A stretch of DNA of 64,000 nt, from positions 868,001 through 932,000 of the forward strand of contig CDRNVI010000002.1 in assembly GCA_977017575.1 (NCBI GenBank), read 5' to 3'. The translations under genes were made by a program, and so were the position numbers. Below are positions 62,067-64,000 of the stretch, piece by piece; positions within the stretch are counted from its first letter, which is position 1; each line of letters starts with the position of its first letter. The notes under the pieces are model-generated. The model saw only the letters and a program-made list of their open reading frames with translations. It was not told where the DNA came from and made no database searches. The stretch comes from Paramoeba atlantica. Taxonomy: Eukaryota; Protista; Discosea.

Positions 62067-64000
62067 ATGCCTGTGAGGCGAACCTGTAGAAAACGGAGCG
62101 AAGACAACAGCAAGCCGAAGGCAGAGAAGCGTCTCCGATCTGATATGGATTCATTGGATTTATCCCCGTACGTACGAGTTATTCCGTATGCTAAAACTGA
62201 TGCAGTGTGCACCACTCCGGAGCTAGGAATCACGTCGTGTGAAAGTCATCAAAAAATCATCGAAAAATCTGAATCCTACTTGCGTTGCCTTTTCACGCAT
62301 CCTGACACATTGCTTTACTTTCCTCCTCCCAGACCAGCAAATTTTTGGGATGACGTTTTAGAGCAAGTGTCAAAAACGGCGGAAGGCTACTTAGCGCAAA
62401 TCAATGGGCAAGAAAAGATGCACTCCGCACTCTGTATATCCGCTCAGCGTCGTGTTGAGGCGTCTAAAAGGAAACCTGTGGAGCGTGCTGCTACACAGAA
62501 AAGAGCTATTAATCACGTGGCACGTAACCTGTGCGAGGCCTCTAAAGAATTCTGGGCTCCACTTCGCGCTGAGGCCCAGAAACAATGTACCAAGGCCATT
62601 AAAATAGTAAAAGAAAGGGAACTTCATGAAAGACAACTCAGGGCGCTGGAAGCTACTGAAGCGTTGGTTCGCACACGCAGTTCGCTTCACTTGGGTATGG
62701 GTAGAACGGTTCCACCCCTAAATTTACTTGAGGAAGTATCCACTGGATTGCGAGGCTATCAGAAGGTTGGTGTTGAATGGCTTATATCCTTACATGACCA
62801 ATCATTAAGTGGTATATTGGCCGATGAGATGGGTTTAGGAAAGACAATACAAACCATAGCATTTTTTGCATTTCTTGCGGAGCATCGTCAAAATTGGGGA
62901 CCTCACCTCGTTGTTGTTCCTATGAGCGTGCTACTAAATTGGGAGAGTGAGTTCAAACGTTGGGCTCCGTCGCTAGAGGTGCTGAGCTACTATGGAACCA
63001 CTGCACGTCGAGCTCAGCTGCGAAAGGGGTGGAGCGGAGATTGGGCTGCGAACGTCGTACTAGTCTCGTACAACACTATTTTATCAGATCAAGCCCGGTT
63101 TCAGAGACGACGTTGGCGATATCTGGTTTTAGATGAAGCACATGGTATAAAAAATTGGGAGTCTCAACGTTGGCAAGTATTATTAAATTTGCATTCTGAA
63201 AATCGACTTCTTCTTACGGGAACTCCTTTGCAAAACAGCGCCATGGAATTATGGTCTTTGCTGTATTTCCTAATGCCAGACTCTAATATATTTGATAGCC
63301 ATGACGACTTTCAAGCGCTGTATGGCAGTTTGACTCCTCGTCCTGAGGAAATTCGAAGATTGCATGACATACTACGCCCATTTATGTTACGTCGGCTGAA
63401 AAGTGACGTCGAAAAACAGCTTCCGAGGAAATTTGAAAAGGTTATTCTATGTCCATTGTCTCAGAAGCAGCGTATGATGTACGATGATTATATGCGACTT
63501 GATGAAACGAAAGAAATGCTTGCTTCGGGCAACGCTTTAGGTATTCTAGCTGTTCTAATGGGGTTACGAAAGGTATGTAATCACCCTCGTTTATTTGCAG
63601 CGAGAACAGCAGACGTTCCATACGTAATGTCGCCTTCAGTACTTGCACAATACCGTTGCTGTTGCGAAAGACTGCACGGGATGGCGAGTACGAAGGATAT
63701 ACTCCTTCAACTGTCATCAACAAGAAATATCCTGTATCATTCTTTGTCTTGGTTGTACCAAGAAGAAGCTCATTCTCCTCCCAAGATACCAGTTGAGAGC
63801 TATGATATTAGTAAGGTAGAGGAATTAGCATGTGAAACATTACATTTTCCTTTCACGCATCCAGAACTTGAATCATATGTTGATGAATACAAATCCCGAA
63901 AAAGGCAAGAACGGGAACTACGCTCTTTAGCATCGCTGAAACGCTCTGCTGATCACTTTCGTTTGCTTAACATATGGGACGCACCTCCCCGCATGTTTTT
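62067..64000 (+). CDS. SWR1: SWR1/p400-like SNF2 chromatin-remodelling ATPase, 3'-partial (not in the ORF track because it runs off the window)
   Basis: Manual translation from ATG 62067: LRGYQ..GILADEMGLGKTIQTI, WGPHLVVVP, LDEAHGIKNWESQRWQ.LL, LLTGTPLQN, RRLKSDVEKQLP.K.E, LRKVCNHP.LF then split-ATPase insert. Confidence 0.85.
   Translation, partial: MPVRRTCRKRSEDNSKPKAEKRLRSDMDSLDLSPYVRVIPYAKTDAVCTTPELGITSCESHQKIIEKSESYLRCLFTHPDTLLYFPPPRPANFWDDVLEQVSKTAEGYLAQINGQEKMHSALCISAQRRVEASKRKPVERAATQKRAINHVARNLCEASKEFWAPLRAEAQKQCTKAIKIVKERELHERQLRALEATEALVRTRSSLHLGMGRTVPPLNLLEEVSTGLRGYQKVGVEWLISLHDQSLSGILADEMGLGKTIQTIAFFAFLAEHRQNWGPHLVVVPMSVLLNWESEFKRWAPSLEVLSYYGTTARRAQLRKGWSGDWAANVVLVSYNTILSDQARFQRRRWRYLVLDEAHGIKNWESQRWQVLLNLHSENRLLLTGTPLQNSAMELWSLLYFLMPDSNIFDSHDDFQALYGSLTPRPEEIRRLHDILRPFMLRRLKSDVEKQLPRKFEKVILCPLSQKQRMMYDDYMRLDETKEMLASGNALGILAVLMGLRKVCNHPRLFAARTADVPYVMSPSVLAQYRCCCERLHGMASTKDILLQLSSTRNILYHSLSWLYQEEAHSPPKIPVESYDISKVEELACETLHFPFTHPELESYVDEYKSRKRQERELRSLASLKRSADHFRLLNIWDAPPRMF

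Noticed and set aside
1-64000. tRNA, rRNA, introns or a non-standard genetic code
   Set aside because: No cloverleaf or rRNA signature recognised by eye (not excluded without tRNAscan/Infernal); conserved genes translate fully and without interruption in the standard code

Overview
Eukaryotic, intron-less DNA in which every recognisable housekeeping gene lies on the + strand, as in a polycistronic directional gene cluster. A kinetoplastid origin is indicated by a spliced-leader (SL) like sequence, histone H1-like genes with no globular domain, extended mitoribosomal proteins (uL15m, uS9m) and a cap 2'-O-methyltransferase. The short LRR gene family suggests a Perkinsela-like lineage (inference). 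About 30 genes are interspersed with many mobile-element relics: Merlin, PIF/Harbinger-like, IS630/Tc1, a CRE-like RLE fragment, a gag-like ORF, hairpin repeats and a 31-bp hairpin array. The standout is an apparently intact ~5.0-kb non-LTR retrotransposon (about 6772-11779; RT plus restriction-like endonuclease, HERO/NeSL-like). It starts with the 3' part of an SL exon, has five CxHxCxxKxxCxHxCCKxG fingers instead of the usual C2H2/Myb domains, and splits an LRR gene whose halves rejoin in frame. A second recurrent signal is a set of local nodes, at about 5.0, 16.9, 28.4, 39.8 and 60.7 kb, where the + strand flips from C/A-rich to G/T-rich inside genes. All family calls come from motif recognition; no database search was run.
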